Positions 24,340-37,769 are shown, counted from the first letter of the stretch. The stretch is DNA of 64,000 bases from Chiloscyllium plagiosum (GCF_004010195.1 NC_057752.1:10333737-10397736), one strand, 5' to 3'. The notes: generated by a model not told the origin, from the sequence alone. Program-made: numbers and translations.

Positions 24340-26450
24340 CTAGTAGGCCATTCAACCCCTTTAGCCTGCCCTGACATTTGATAGGATCGTGCCTAGTTTG
24401 ACATTCCTCGTCCACTTTGCATTTTCGCTGTTACCCCTTTGTCCCCCACTGATAAAGGATCAATCTCCACTTTTTTTTAAATACACATAAGGACTCTGCA
24501 ACCCCCCCACCCAAATATCTCTCCATTGGCAAGAACTTAAAGATTCAACTATTCCATGAAATTTGAGCCTCATTCCTGATGAAGGGTTTTTGCCCGAAAT
24601 GTCAGTTATCCTCCTCGGATGCTGCCTGACCTGCTATGCTTTTTCAAGCACCACACTGTGCTCTAATCTCCCTGTTCCATGAAATTCCTCTTCCTCTTTA
24701 GTCTTAAACTGGTTCCCCATAATTGAGACTTTCCCATCAGGTCAAACGTTATCCTTTCTGTATTTACCCTGTCCAGTTTCTTTCAGATTGGTATGTTTGA
24801 GATCACCACCACCTCCTTCAAAACTCCAGTGTGTAGAGTCCCAACCTATTTAACCTTTGCTCGTTCGACAATTCCTCCATAGCAGGAATCATCCCAGTGA
24901 ACCTTTTCAACTGCCTCCAATGAAACAAAGGGATGAGAATTGTTCATACTCAAGATGTGGCCTCACCAGCACCTTCTACAGTTGCAGTAAGACTTTCCTA
25001 AATTTGTACTCCACCCCTTGAAATAAGGGCCAACATTTCATTAACCTTCTAGATTACCTCCTGCATCGGTGTGCTCGCTTTCTGCAGTTTTTATCCATTT
25101 AAATAATTTCAAAATGAACAATTTAACATTGTCTATTTTGCTCATTTTAATCTATCAGCATATCTTTGTAAACTGTATCCCATTTGCAACATGCCTCTCC
25201 TACTTTTTGTCTGCAATTTGGCTGCTGTACATTCACATTCTTCCTCAAAGTTACTAATATGCCATGAACAGCTGTGGTCCCAGCACTGATCCCTGTGAAA
25301 CCCCACTGGTAATGAGTTGTCAATCTAGAAAAAAAGCCCCTCTTTATCCCCACTCACTGTTTCCTGCCCACGAGCCAATTCTCTCTCCATGCCAATATAC
25401 TACCTCCAACACCATGAGCTCTTAGCTATGACTTAACCTTTTGTGAGGTACTTCTCAAATGCCTTGTAGTCCAATGCAACACATCTACTGCCTCCACTCT
25501 AGTTGAGACTTCCTCAAATACTTAAAATTAGTCAGACGCAGTTTCCCTTTCATGAAGCTATACTGATTGCTTCCTTGGTTTTTTCCTTTTCCAAATGTTC
25601 TGCTGTTAATTCATTAACTCTAACCTCTTTTAATTGGCCTATACTTACTCACTTTTTGCTTCCCTCCCTTCCTTTTTGGAATAGAGATGTCATGTTAGCA
25701 GTTTTCTGATCCTCTACTACTTCTCCAGAATACAAACACTTTAGTGAAACCACAACCAATGCATTCACCATCTCGAGATCCTTTTGGATGCAAGCCATGA
25801 GGGCCAAAGGATTTATCTGCCTTTTTTTTTAAGCTTTTTTTTTAGTATTGGACAAACTACTCTTGTGACAAGTACTTAATTCTCTTCTTCCCCCCCCCCC
25901 CCCGCAATATTCTTGTAGAAATGTTCAAAGCATCTTCCACTTAAGGATTTAAATGATCTAACTCCTGTCACTTCCTTATTCCACATAACCCAAGGTTTTG
26001 TCTCTTCCAATCCAGATGAGATCCTGGCCACGAGTCTATAGTTCCCTGTACCACAGTGCTATTTGCTCCATTCTCCCTACAGCCTCTAGCTCTCATCCAC
26101 CAAGCACAAACCTCAAATCTATTAGACAAGTTCAAAGGCTGAGGCTCCTTCAGCACTACCTCCTGGATCTCTACCTGTCAAATTCTTAGTCTCTCCCTCC
26201 TATCCCTGACCACTGACCAAATTTGAGGTGGTTAATCTAAAGAGTATGACCATCTCCTGAAAGTGTCCAGGTAACTTTTTTTATTCTCTTCCCCCCCCCC
26301 CCCCCTCCCTGATGTGTCATCGTATTTGAAACTCAGATTCTGATTCAGAATTGGCTGCTTGAACTCCAGCTCAACAGTTGCTACAAATGTGCTTCCTCTC
26401 AACCACAGTGGGGTGCACTGGCTCCCACAATGCAGCTACAATATTGCCTG
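24340..26450 (-). mobile_element. Old, heavily deleted CR1 LINE (3' tail to ORF1-like region)
   Basis: Tail gtaggccattcaacccctttagcctg, RT remnant accagtggggtttcacagggatcagtgctggga, and ORF1-like PLNLSNRFEV. The upstream part is less certain. Confidence 0.7.
24564..24674 (+). mobile_element. 111-bp solo PLE terminal element with hammerhead core
   Basis: 12-bp TSD ttccatgaaatt at 24552-24563 and 24675-24686. CTGATGA-AGGGTTTTTGCCC-GAAATGTC starts at 24576. Confidence 0.88.
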
Positions 26451-27002
26451 GCTCTGCATCTTTGTATAGTTTTTGTTTTGCATTTGGTACCGGTCTTGTT
26501 TTCAAATCTGTAAAATACTTTACTTTTTTTAACCTGAAAACAATAGTTAAATTCTCTATCAGCCAGTGAACATAAGGGTTTCCTGTGATGTCCGTGTTTT
26601 TGTGTGAGCTCTAATCTTGGGCTTCAATTTATCCTGTTAAAATTGAGCCAAAAAAGCACTTCTATGTATCAAATCCTTGTGCTGCTCCAAAGTAATACTT
26701 TGACTGTGCCTCACTCCAAATATGATCTCTTTCCTGATCATGCCAAGCTTACTGAGTATACTTGAATCGGTAATGTTTTGTTTTCTTCAACCCAAGGCAT
26801 CATTCCAGTTTTTCTGGAAGATTCATATCAAGGTTTCTACAGTCTGCTCTGCTAGAGTATCCTCTGCAAACTAAACTATAGATTGCCCATCCCCAAAATA
26901 AATCTCTTTATGGTTGGTTGATAACCTCTTATTTAGAGTATTAAATTTTTTGCAAACAGATGAACTGTAGGTTATTTCCTTCACCCCCTTTGTGTTTTGC
27001 AG

Positions 27003-27066
27003 GGCTGGTCAATGAATTGGTGGCCCTGATCCCATACAGTGACCAGAGGCTGCAGCCGCAAAGAAC
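27003..27066 (+). CDS. TMEM106C: TMEM106C coding exon 2 (GLVNELVALIPYSDQRLQPQRT)
   Basis: Acceptor tgtgttttgcag|, donor AC|gtaagt, 64 nt. Encodes the conserved LVALIPYSDQRL motif. VNELVAL and PQRT are paralog-C-like. Not present in the ORF track. Confidence 0.96.
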
Positions 27067-27159
27067 GTAAGTCTTGAGAGGATTGATTAACTTTTATCGT
27101 TGTCTAGAATTGATCAATCTTGTTTCAACACTAAATATTTACTGTGTCTAACAATTGTG

Positions 27160-27502
27160 TGGGCAGTAGCATGGCTGATATTTCACTGGACTATTAATCC
27201 AGAGCCCTAGCTTAATGTTCTGGGGGCATAGTTTGAATCTCACCATGGCAGATGGTGAAATCTGAGTTTAAATTGCTTTTTTTTTTAAAATACAAACCTA
27301 ATAGCAACTCTTTTCATGTTATAAAGACTGATTTGATCCTCTAATGCTCTATTTTTGGGCAAAGGACACCTGTTATCCTTGCTCTGACCTGTGACTTCAG
27401 ACCCAGAGCAATGTGGTTGACCCCGAGCTGCCCTTCAGCCCATTGGGAATGGGCAATAAATACTGGCCTAGCCAATGGTGCCCATTTCATGTATGAGTGA
27501 AA
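27160..27502 (+). mobile_element. tRNA-headed SINE-like element, copy 1
   Basis: Head cactggactattaatccagag...gtttgaatctcaccatggcagatggtg, body tgacttcagacccagagcaatgtggttgac, tail atgggcaataaatactggcctagcc. Confidence 0.82.
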
Positions 27503-27581
27503 ACCTTTGAACCAATGAATTCCAATGTTATAAATAAAACTGTGGATGCTGCTGCACTTAATGTTGTGATGCTTGAATTTA

Positions 27582-27882
27582 GGGGAGGCAATGATCTAGT
27601 AGCATTATCACTAGACTAATCCAGGAACCAGGTTCAAATTCTGCCATGGCAGTTGGTGGCATTTGAATTTGACCATGAATTTTTAATTTTTTTTTATTTT
27701 TGGGAATCAAATGGGTTTTCCAAACGTACTTTCCTTTTTAAGGAAGGAAACTGCTATCCTTACCTGGTCTGGGATCCATGTGTCTCCAGACCTACCACAA
27801 CATGGTTGACACTTAAACCCTCCTCTGGGTGGTTAAGGGGCAATAAGTGCTGCCTGGCCAGCAAGCCCTCATTCTGTGAATT
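27582..27882 (+). mobile_element. tRNA-headed SINE-like element, copy 2
   Basis: A-box-like tgatctagtag, B-box-like ggttcaaattc, body aggaaggaaactgctatccttacctggtctgg, tail gggcaataagtgctgcctggccagc. Confidence 0.82.
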
Positions 27883-28257
27883 TCTTCTTAAAAGATTCCC
27901 CTTTTTAGTCCTGAAGTGACTAAACTGAAATGGTTAGTATTTTGATTCTCATTTTGCACTCTTAGAAACAACACTAAAGCTTGCAATGGGTGTAGAATGT
28001 GAAATGGTTTTTCAATGAGAACTTGAGCATTGAATGATTCTTCTCTGCAACATTTGATACATGCATCCCGTGACTACAGTTAATGCCATGTCAGGGGTGG
28101 GTATGAATAATGATTAAGTGTAAAACTTTATTCTCAACAGCCCCATGATAGAATGATATCCTCAGGTGCTTTTGGAGACAAAAGTACTGCCTGAGTACAA
28201 GAGAGGTTGAGGCTGAAACTTTGGCTTGGGTCCCCACCAAGAGTTGTGGTGGTGTCT

Positions 28258-29366
28258 GTCAGAGTCAGAGATGTACAGCATGGAAACAGACCCTTCGGTC
28301 CAACCCGTCCATGCCGACCAGATATCTCAACCCAATCCAGTCCCACCTGCCAGCACCTGGCCCATATCCCTCCAAACCCTTCCTCTTCATATACCCATCC
28401 AAATGCCTTTTAAATGTTGCAATTGTACTAGCCTCCACCACATCCTCTGGTAGCACATTCCATACACGTACCACCCTCTGCGTGAAAAGGTTGCCCCTTG
28501 GGTCTCTTTTATATCTTTCCCCTCTCACCCTAAACCTATGTCCTCTAGTTCTGGACTCCCTGACCCCAGGGAAAAGACTTTGTCTATTTATCCTGTCCAT
28601 GCCCCTCAAAATTTTGTAAACCTCTATAAGGTCACCCTTCAGCCTCTGATGCTCCAGGGAAAACAGCACCAGCCTGTTCTGCTCAGATCCTCCAACCTTG
28701 GCAACATCCTTGTAGAGCTTTTCTGAACCCTTTCAAGTTTCACAATATCTTTCTGATAAGAAGGAGACCAGAATTGCCGACAATATTCCAACAGTGGCCT
28801 AACCAATGTCCTGTACAGCCACAACCAGTCCTCCCAACTCCTGTACTCGATACTGACCAATAAAGGAAAGCATACCAAACGCCACTTTCACCATCGTATC
28901 TACCTGCGACTCCACTTTCAAGGAGCTATGAACCTGCACTCCAAGGTCTCTTTGTTCAGCAACACTCACCATTAAGTGTATAAGTCCTGCTAAAATTTGC
29001 TTTCCCAAAAATGCAGCACCTCACATTTGAATTAAACTCCATCTGCCACTTCTCAGCCCATTGGCCCATCTGGTCCAGATCCTGTTGTAATCTGAGGTAA
29101 CCCTCTTCGCTGTCCACTACACCTCCAATTTTGGTGTCATTTGCAAACTTACTAACTGTTCCTCTTATGCTCACATTCAAATCATTTATGTAAATGACGA
29201 AAAGTAGTGGACCCAGCACCGATCCTTGTGGCACTCCACTGGTCACAGGCCTCCAGTCTGAAAAACAACCCTCCCACCACCACCCTCTGTCTTCTACCTT
29301 TTGAGCCAGTTCTGTATCTAAATGATTAGTTCTCCCTGTATTCCATGAGCTCTAACCTTGCTAATC
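28258..29366 (-). mobile_element. Young 5'-truncated HER1-type CR1 LINE
   Basis: [31 protein letters not shown] and RLKGDLIEVYKI motifs. Tail shared with HE1. Confidence 0.93.
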
Positions 29367-29624
29367 TAAAATTTTTGGGGAAATAACTATTTGGTGTTTG
29401 CTGAGGAGCAGCCCTGGTCCTCCTGAGAGGAGTCTTATTCCATCATTGCAACAAGTTAAATCTTTTTGGATTATAACCTTTTTTTCTTTTTAAAAATAAA
29501 TGCTAGTTTAAATTGCATCTAAAGCAAATGTAACCACCATTTGAACAGTCTTCTGCCTGTTCTTTTACTACCTATAAAAGATATAGGAACAGAATTAAAT
29601 CATCCATGTTGTCAAGTCTGTTCC

Positions 29625-31710
29625 AGTGTTTGCAAAAGACACTAACCAGGATTTGAGTTGGGATGGTGAGATTCTGGAACATGTTAAAACCTCCTTAACA
29701 AGTATGAAGGTTCATCAATCCCCAGGGCCAGATGAGATGTATCCCAGGTTGCTATGTAGGAGATATTTAGTATTTCTTTCACTACAAGTGAAGTGTCCGA
29801 TGACTAGAGGGTAACTAATGTGCTTCCTTTCTTCAAGAAGGGCAGCACAGACAGACTAACTGGTCTGTAATTACCCTAACCACTGACATGCCAGGTACTA
29901 TTGGAAAGGTTGTAGATTAATTAGTGCTTGGCTAGGGATTGAACCAGGATAATTGGTGTGTGTTTGTTAGAGGGTGATTCTCCCTAACTAATTGATTTCT
30001 TTTTGAAAAGAAGACTAAATATATTGAAGGGAGTGCAGTTGATATAGTTTACATGAACTTCAGTTAGGTTTTGACAAGGTCCCACATGGAAGGCTGGTCC
30101 AACAGGTAAGAGCCGACTGAGTCTAGGACAGGTTGCCACAGAGTCCAACATTAGCTTGCAAATAGGCAATGAGTGGGTTGTTTTTGTGATTGGAACTCTG
30201 GTACCAGTAGTGTACCAGGGGAATCAGCGCTGGAACCCTTGGTATTATGTATATTAACAATATCGATGTGAAAGTAGTATGTCATAGACGTACAGCATGG
30301 AACCAGATCCTTCAGTCCAACTCTTCCATGCTGACCAGATGTCCTAAATTAACCTAATCTCATTCATCTGCATTTGGCCCATATCCCCTCAACCCTTCCT
30401 ATTCATGTACCCATCGAGATGCCTTTAAGTGTTGTGATTGTACCAGCTTCCACCACTTCCTCTGGCAGTTTGTTCCATGCACTCACCACCCTATGTGAAA
30501 GAGTTACCCCTCAGGGCTGTTTTTTAAATCTTTTCCCTTTACCTTTAAACCTATCTCTCTTGTTCTGGACTCCCCCAACCCAGGAAAAGACCTTGGCTGT
30601 TCACCCTTTCCACACCCCTCATAATTTTATAAACTTCTATAAAGTCAGTCCTCAGTCTCTGACACTCCAGGGAAAATAGTCCCAGCCTATTCAGACTTTC
30701 CCTATAGCTCAAACCCTCCAACCCTGGCAAAATCTTTTGTAAACTTTTTCTGAACCCTTTCAAGTTTTATAACATCCTTCCTATTGCAGGGAGACCAGAA
30801 TTGCATGCAATATTCCAAAAGTGGTCTCTCCAATGTCCTGTACAGCTGCAACATGACCTCACAACTGCTGTACTCACATGCAGTGACCAACAAAGGCAAG
30901 CATACAAAATGCCTTCACTATCCTATCCATCTGGAATGCCACCTTCAAGGAACTATGAATCTGCACTCTAAGGTCTTTGTTCAGGCACACTCCCTGGGAC
31001 CTTACCATTAAGTGTAAAGTTCTGTGATTTGTCTTTCCAACACCTCAATTTACCTAAATTAAATGCCATTTGCTGCCACTCAGTGCATTGACCTATCTGA
31101 TCAAAATCCTGTTGTACTCTGAGGTAACATTCTTTGCTGTCCACTACACGTCCAATTTTGGTGTCCTCTGCAAACTTGCTATACCTCCTATGTTCACATC
31201 CAAATCGTTGATATCAATGACAAAAAGCAATGGACCCAGTACTGATCCTTGTGGTACACCACTGGTCACAGGCCTTCAGTCTGAAAACCAACCCTCCACC
31301 GCCACACTGTCTCCTACCTTCAAACCAGTTCTGTATCCAAATGGCTAGTTCTCTCTGTATTCCCTGTGATCTAACCATGCTAATTTGTCTACCATAAGGA
31401 ACCTTGTAAAATTAGTAAGTTTGCAGGTGAGACAAATTGGTGAGGAGGATGGTCTGAGGCTGCAGTGATATTGACCAGCTGGTAAATTTGAGCAGAACAA
31501 TGGCAGATGGAATCTAATCCTGACAAGTTGGCATTTTGGGAGGTCTAATGAAGGATATACACAATGAATGGTAGGTCCTGAGGGAGTGCTGAGGAACAAA
31601 GGGACTTGTGTACGAGTCCATAGATCCCTGATGGTGTCAGCATAAAGGGTGGTAAAGAAGGCATATGGAATGCTTGTCTTCATTAGTTGGATTACATAAT
31701 AAAGGAGCAA
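29625..31710 (+). mobile_element. Older CR1 LINE split by an antisense HER1 copy
   Basis: SPGPDEMYPRLL and the RT region stop at about 30280 (tcgatgtgaaagtag) and resume at about 31405 (attagtaagtttgcagg). Confidence 0.78.
30281..31404 (-). mobile_element. HER1-type CR1 LINE, 5'-truncated
   Basis: LQLYRTLERPLLEYCMQFWSP and LNRLGLFSLE motifs. Highly similar to 28258-29366. Confidence 0.92.
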
Positions 31711-31714
31711 GAAA

Positions 31715-33190
31715 GTATTAAAATATTCCACTGCAAACGCACTGATTTCCCACTGTTACTTTTTGACTATATATCCTCACACCCAGCTTCTTGTAAAGAC
31801 TCTATTCCAATCTCCTATTCCTGTCTCCATAGCGTCTGTACCAATGATGCCAACTTTGGCAAGGGAGCCTCTGAAATGTCCTCCACCTTCCTCAGCTGAA
31901 GATTCCCCAGCATTGTTGTTGACAGGGCCGTCAGCCAGGTCTGACCCAACTCCTGCACTTTGGCCCTCACCCCCTCTTTGTCCCACCACAGTGATAGGTT
32001 GCCTTTGTCCTTACCTAGCATCCCTCCCGTGTCCACATCCAGAGGATCATTAGCTGCCATTTCTACCACCACCAGACATATTCCCCTCCCTTGTCAACTT
32101 TCCACAGAGACGGTTCCCCTGGTCTGCTCTTCCTTCACTCCCAACACCACCCCCCAATGCTTTACCTGCACTTAACACCATCTACAATGCCCTTGCCCCA
32201 ACACCCCCCACACCAGGCTTGTTATCACAGTCTGCTATTACACACAACCCATTGTTAGCTTCTAACAGCCCCCATTAATAGCTACTCTCCCTCATAGCCA
32301 GATTGTTATCCATCCTTTGTCCAACTGTTGTTCTTCCCCTGGGATCTGTCTGCCTGTAGTTTACTCTTTACTCCTCTCCCCATCTTGGTCTTCTGCATGT
32401 AAACCAATATTTCCTTAACTACAGTAGACAAACAGGAGGCTGGAAGAATGCAGCAAGCCCGGCAGCATCAGGAGGTGAAGTCAATGTTTTGGGTATTAAC
32501 CCTTCAAGACCAGGGGTAGGGGAACTACATTAAGGGGGTGGGGGATAAGAGTAGCAGAATAGTGCGGTAATGATAAGTGAACACAGGTAGTGGGTACACC
32601 CTGGTTGGGAGAGATGTTTCTGTTTGGTAGCTGGAAGGAAGGGTCAGTAGATGGAATGTAAAGGAGAAGGCAGGGCTGGAAAAGGAGCCAGGAGATGGGT
32701 GGAAAAGTTATTTGGAATTAGAATTCCAATATTAAGCCCTCTTGGCTGTAGGCTGCCTAATTCTTTCATTTCAAACAGCTTTCTGCCTCCTACATTCCAT
32801 TCTACCCTCTAACTCTTCCTTCCAGATTCCTTCCTCCCCATCAACCATTCAGGTCATACCCACTTGTGTCCACCTATTACTACCTCACCGTTCTGCTACT
32901 CTTCCCCTTCCCATCCCTCTTTCTGTTGCACACCCTAAGCCCATATTTAACCCTAAAGAAGTGTTAATACCCGAAATGTTGACTTCTCTACCACCTCATG
33001 CTGTTTGGCTTGCTGTGCTCTTCCAGCCTCCTGCCTGTCAACTTTGGATTCTAGCATCTACAGTTTTTTTTAACCACTTTCCTAGCTACCGTCAGTTCTG
33101 AGGAGGGCTCACTTGACCCAAAACATTAACTCTGATTTCTCTCCACTGCTGCCAGATCTGCTGAGCTTTTCCAGCAACTGTTTTTATGTA
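31715..33190 (+). mobile_element. Degenerate PLE (RT thumb region to terminus) containing a second nested PLE fragment with inverted ends (about 32425-33075)
   Basis: DYISSHPASCKDSIP motif. Terminal ctgaggagggctcacttgacccaaaac...gatctgctgagcttttccagc. Nested inverted arms gacaaacaggaggctggaaga / tcttccagcctcctgcctgtc. Confidence 0.75.
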
Positions 33191-33763
33191 AAACACTGAT
33201 TCGGGCACAAATTGATTATTCTGTGGTTCTGGTCACCATACAATCAGAAGGGTGTGATTGCACTGGAGATGACTTGCCTCATCTGATCAAAAGATGCCCT
33301 GAGGAGAGACTAAACTCCAGAATCCTCAACTGCTCCTCGTGATGAGCCCAAAACTGTTCAATATTCCAAATGACCAGAACCTAGTACGCTTCAGCAGTAC
33401 ATCCCTGCTGTTGTATTTAGCCCTCTCAATGAATCTTAATGTCATTTTTTGCCTTACTAGCTGCCTGCATGTTAACTCTTTTTTTTTGTATCCTGAACTC
33501 TTGATTTAAGTCCCTTTACATTTCAGAAATCTGAAGCGTAAAGTCTGCACTCCTACCAAAGTACATAACCTCTCTTTCTCACACTTTGTATTCTATCTGC
33601 CATTATATTTATTAGCTACAAACTCAGGTTTCAAATGCATTATTGCTGTGAAACGTTGAGATTCTAACCTTTTCTGGGGTTAGAACTAATTTTGAAAGCT
33701 ATGGTTTTAAAAAATAGAACATTGTTTAAACTTCTGCATAAAACAATGCCTCTTGTGTTTCAG

Positions 33764-33923
33764 GAAATTGTATGTCTTCATATCAATATTCGTGTGCTTG
33801 CTGATATCTGGTTTGGTTGTCTTCTTCTTGTTCCCTCGGTCAGTGGTTGTGACTGATGATGGAATCAGAGTCGTCCTTGTGAAGTTTGACAACAATAACT
33901 CCAGAGTCTTCATTGACATGACA
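33764..33923 (+). CDS. TMEM106C: TMEM106C coding exon 3 (transmembrane helix and start of luminal domain)
   Basis: Acceptor gtgtttcag|, donor ACA|gtaatg, 160 nt. KLYVFISIFVCLLISGLVVFFLFPRSVVVTDDGIRVVLVKFDNNNSRVFIDMT contains the single TM helix and the FFLFPRS motif. Confidence 0.96.
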
Positions 33924-33964
33924 GTAATGAATTTTACGTAATATATTGAAATGCTAGTATGGGT

Positions 33965-34160
33965 CATTTTTTATAATGGGTGTTTCATCAATACAATTGA
34001 ATTAGGGGCACTGTTTCTAAAGCATGACTTCTTAAAATGTGTTGGCTGCAACATGATTACAGCCCCAATACTTTAAGCACTGTTTCTTAATTGTGATTTT
34101 TTTTTTTCCCCCCCTCTATAACATGACACCACGCAGCCATTGCATTATAGAAGAACTGTA
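33965..34160. mobile_element. Tigger-like MITE, second copy in opposite orientation
   Basis: ttgaattaggggcactgtttctaaagc is the reverse complement of 12858-12882-like sequence. Ends ttatagaagaactg|TA. Confidence 0.65.
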
Positions 34161-36173
34161 TTTGGAAGTACTTTGTTATTCCATTTTGGAGTTTTGCACT
34201 CTAGCCTTTCCCTTTTTAATCTAATCTGATTTATCTCGAATATCTGTACCTTAAGCTTTTATTTTCTCCTTTCAAGTGCTAACCAGGACCTAGCAGTTAT
34301 GTTGTCACATTCTGTTTTGGGTCCCTAAGTTGGGCTGCTGTATGAATAACTGATCTGGTTCAGATAGACCAACCAGGATTTGCAGTTTAACTTGATGTCC
34401 AGAGTTATACTCTTTCCATTTCTGAAGAGGTGTAATTTAATCTCTCTATTTGAAACCTCTTTCAGTATTTAGATTTAACAGGTTTGTCAAAATGTTTAGG
34501 CTAATATACAAAAGGATATTGAAAACCATGGTAACTATCTTTCAATGAAATTACAACACCTTTTTTTTCCCCCACATCCAAGTCCTTTTAGACTTTGAAG
34601 AATTGCTTTTGACCTGTTATCACCCTTATATGGGGAAAGTGGCAGCTAATTTATGTACAGCAACAAGAGAAATGAGCAGATAACATAGCTTACTGCAAAA
34701 GTAACTGTTTAAATTGCCTGCCTCCAGGTTTGGGTCCCCTCAATCACAAGCTGCTTGTGGAGATGTGATGGATGCAGCAACTTGAATAAATGATTGTAAT
34801 AAGGTCCAAATTTTGCCTCTACCCCAAGATGCTGAGAGGCATCTTGGCCTGAGGCCTGAGAATGGGCCATTGGCACCTTGCACACCAGAGATGCAGTTCT
34901 TTGACCATAATATACAAATTTGAAGTTCAATTGATTGGCTGTACTTCAGCCATGAGACCTGAAATGTCTACTGCAAGTTCCTGAGCTAGTTTAAAATCAA
35001 GCTATCTTCACATTGGATGTTGCAAATGTGAAATGTTGTTTTTCTTCACCCTCCTTTTTGAAAAGTCATCTTACTAGCTTTGTAACAAAAAAAAATCTTG
35101 CCTGGAGGTGCTCATCCAGTCTATGGTTGGTTAGCAGGTGTGGTGTAATGACCTGCACCATCTTGGAGTTAAGGTAGAACCAAGTGTTCCAACTTATGGA
35201 AGTACAAAAAGTCGTCCTGCTTTGCAGTGTAATGCAGTAACTCTAATATAGTAACTAGCAATTTAAATGAGGGATTTAACTTGTAACTATAAACTGGCAG
35301 TAAGCTTTTAAAGTGCATTTAGGAGCATTTTTCTAGATTAGTCTCCATCTGACCTAATGAGGAAAGAGGCATTACTGCATCTGAGTAATGAAGTGTGTTT
35401 TGTAGGGGATCTTTAGACCAGCAGTTGAGCCCTGCTGATGTTCCTACAGGATAGGTATGATCCTAGAATGAAATCATCAGCCTTGATAAAATATCAAACT
35501 TTCTAATGCAGTAGTATTAAAGCATGCCAGGCTACAGATTTTCTTTCCCCCTCTGGTGTCTGGCAAAGCATTGACCATCTATGTAATTCTGGCCAATAAA
35601 AATGTTAACACTTAAGCCTGTTTTCCTAACATTAAATTCCAGTGGCAGATCACTTAATGGTCCACTCAAATATTTCACCATAATACTCTTGGCAGTACCA
35701 CCTGAGGGACCACTGCTCACCCCTCATCAGCTGGTGGGAGGTAGTCTCTATTTCCTCATACTTTTGTCGTGAGCAATAACACTCCTCTGGTTCAGATTTC
35801 AGTTTGGGTAGGCTGTTTTATTCAAGCCCTTGCTGTATTTCTATTAAGATGGACGCCATCTTTTTTTTTTTGTTCTCCTTTGCCTTCACCCTTTTTGTTT
35901 TTCCCCATTTAATCCAGTTGTTGTATACAATGAAATTTTCCAAGTCACCTCCCTGTTTCATGGGTGCAAAAAAAAGTATAGTGAGGTCTAATCAAAACAC
36001 TCCAAACAACGCAAGATGTTCCTTCTACAGTATTTCCAGTTTATCTTGTGGTTTTACCACCCTGACTGAAGCCAATAATTTTTCATTAGCCAGATAATTT
36101 CCAAGATGAAACCAATTCCTGTAAAGAGGAATTGATTTTACTACTCTTGCTACAACTCCTCCTTTAACTTACT

Positions 36174-37226
36174 AGAGTCATAGAGATGTACAGCACAAAA
36201 ACAGACCCTTCGGTCCAATCTAGTCCCACCTGCCAGCACCCAGCCCATATCCCTCCAAACCCTCTCCTTTAACTTACTAGAGTCATAGAGATGTACAGCA
36301 CAAAAACAGACCCTTCGGTCCAATCTAGTCCCATTTGCCAGCACCTGGCCCATATCCCTCCAAACCCTTCCTATTCATATACCTATCCAGATGCCTTTTA
36401 ACTGTTGCAATTGTACTAGCCTCCACCACTTCCTCTGGCAGCTCATTCCATACACATTTCACCTTCTGAGTGAAAACGTTGCCCCTTGGGTCTCTTTTAT
36501 ATCTTTCCCCCCTCACCATAAACCTATGCCCTCCAGTTGTGGACTCCCCCACCCCAGGGGGAGTCTATTTATCCTATCCATACCCCTCATGATTTTATGA
36601 ACCTTTTTATAAGGTCACCCCTCAGCCTCTGACGCTCCAGGGAAAACAGCCCCAGCCTTCTCCTTATGACTCAAATCCTCCAACCCTGGCAACATCTTTG
36701 TAAATCTTTTCTGAACCCTTTCAAGTTTCACAACATCTTTCCGATAGGAAGGAGACCAGAATTGCACGCAATATTCCAACAGTGGCCTAACCAATGTCCT
36801 GTACAGCCGCAATATGACCTCCCAACTCCTGTACTCAGTACTCTGACCAATAAAGGAAAGCATACCAAACACCACCTTCACTATCCTATCTACCTGCGAC
36901 TCCACTTTCAAGAAGTTATGAACCTGCACTCCAAGGTCTCCTTGTTCAGCAACACTCCCTAGGACCTTACCATCAAGCATAAAAGTCCTGCTAAGATTTG
37001 CTCTTCTAAAATGCAGCACCTCACGTTTATCTAAATTAAACTCCATCTGCCACTCAGCCCATTGGCCCATCTGATCACGATCACGTTGTAATCGGAGGTA
37101 ACCACCTTCGCTGTCCACTACACCTCCAATTTTGGTGTCATCAGCAAACTTACTAACTGTGTACCTTTTTTATGCTCACATCCAAGTCATTTATATAAAT
37201 GATGAAAAGTAGTGGAACCAGCACTG
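36174..37226 (-). mobile_element. Young HER1-type CR1 LINE with tandemly duplicated 3' end
   Basis: 167-aa RT C-terminal ORF at 36615-37118. A 105-nt repeat unit starts at 36159 and 36264. Confidence 0.93.
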
Positions 37227-37769
37227 TTAATTTTTAATCAACTCAAATGACTGGTTGGCTTATAACCTCCAGTACATGTCAAATTAATATTTTTTCTTCC
37301 TTCCCACTGGAAGATAAATAGTATCATCAGCCAGCATTGATTACTTTTGTTCCATATATTTATTGGTTTACCTTGAAATTAAAGAAATCCTTCCCTTGGA
37401 GAGAAAATATTCCACCACTCATGTTCTGATTCTCAGTAATCAAAACATTTGATGCTTGAGTCATCTTTCCCATTTGGACATATTTCTTTGGAATGTACTT
37501 TTTTTGTACTCTTACAGGTTTTACTACACTTTTTTTTTTCTTTCCTGATTGTTTTTAAACATTTGTTCAGATGTTCCTACTATTTTTGGTCTCCTATTTT
37601 TAATTTCCAGCCATTGGCTTTGGTTTGTCTAGTTTTATTATAACGGAACCATGTTTTCATTACTGCTGTCTTGCGCATGTTCCCTATATCTACTGCCCTC
37701 TGGGTCCAACAGGTTGTTTTTCTCATTCCTCCTAAACAAATTAATGCTTAGCTTCTAACTTTCACTTTC

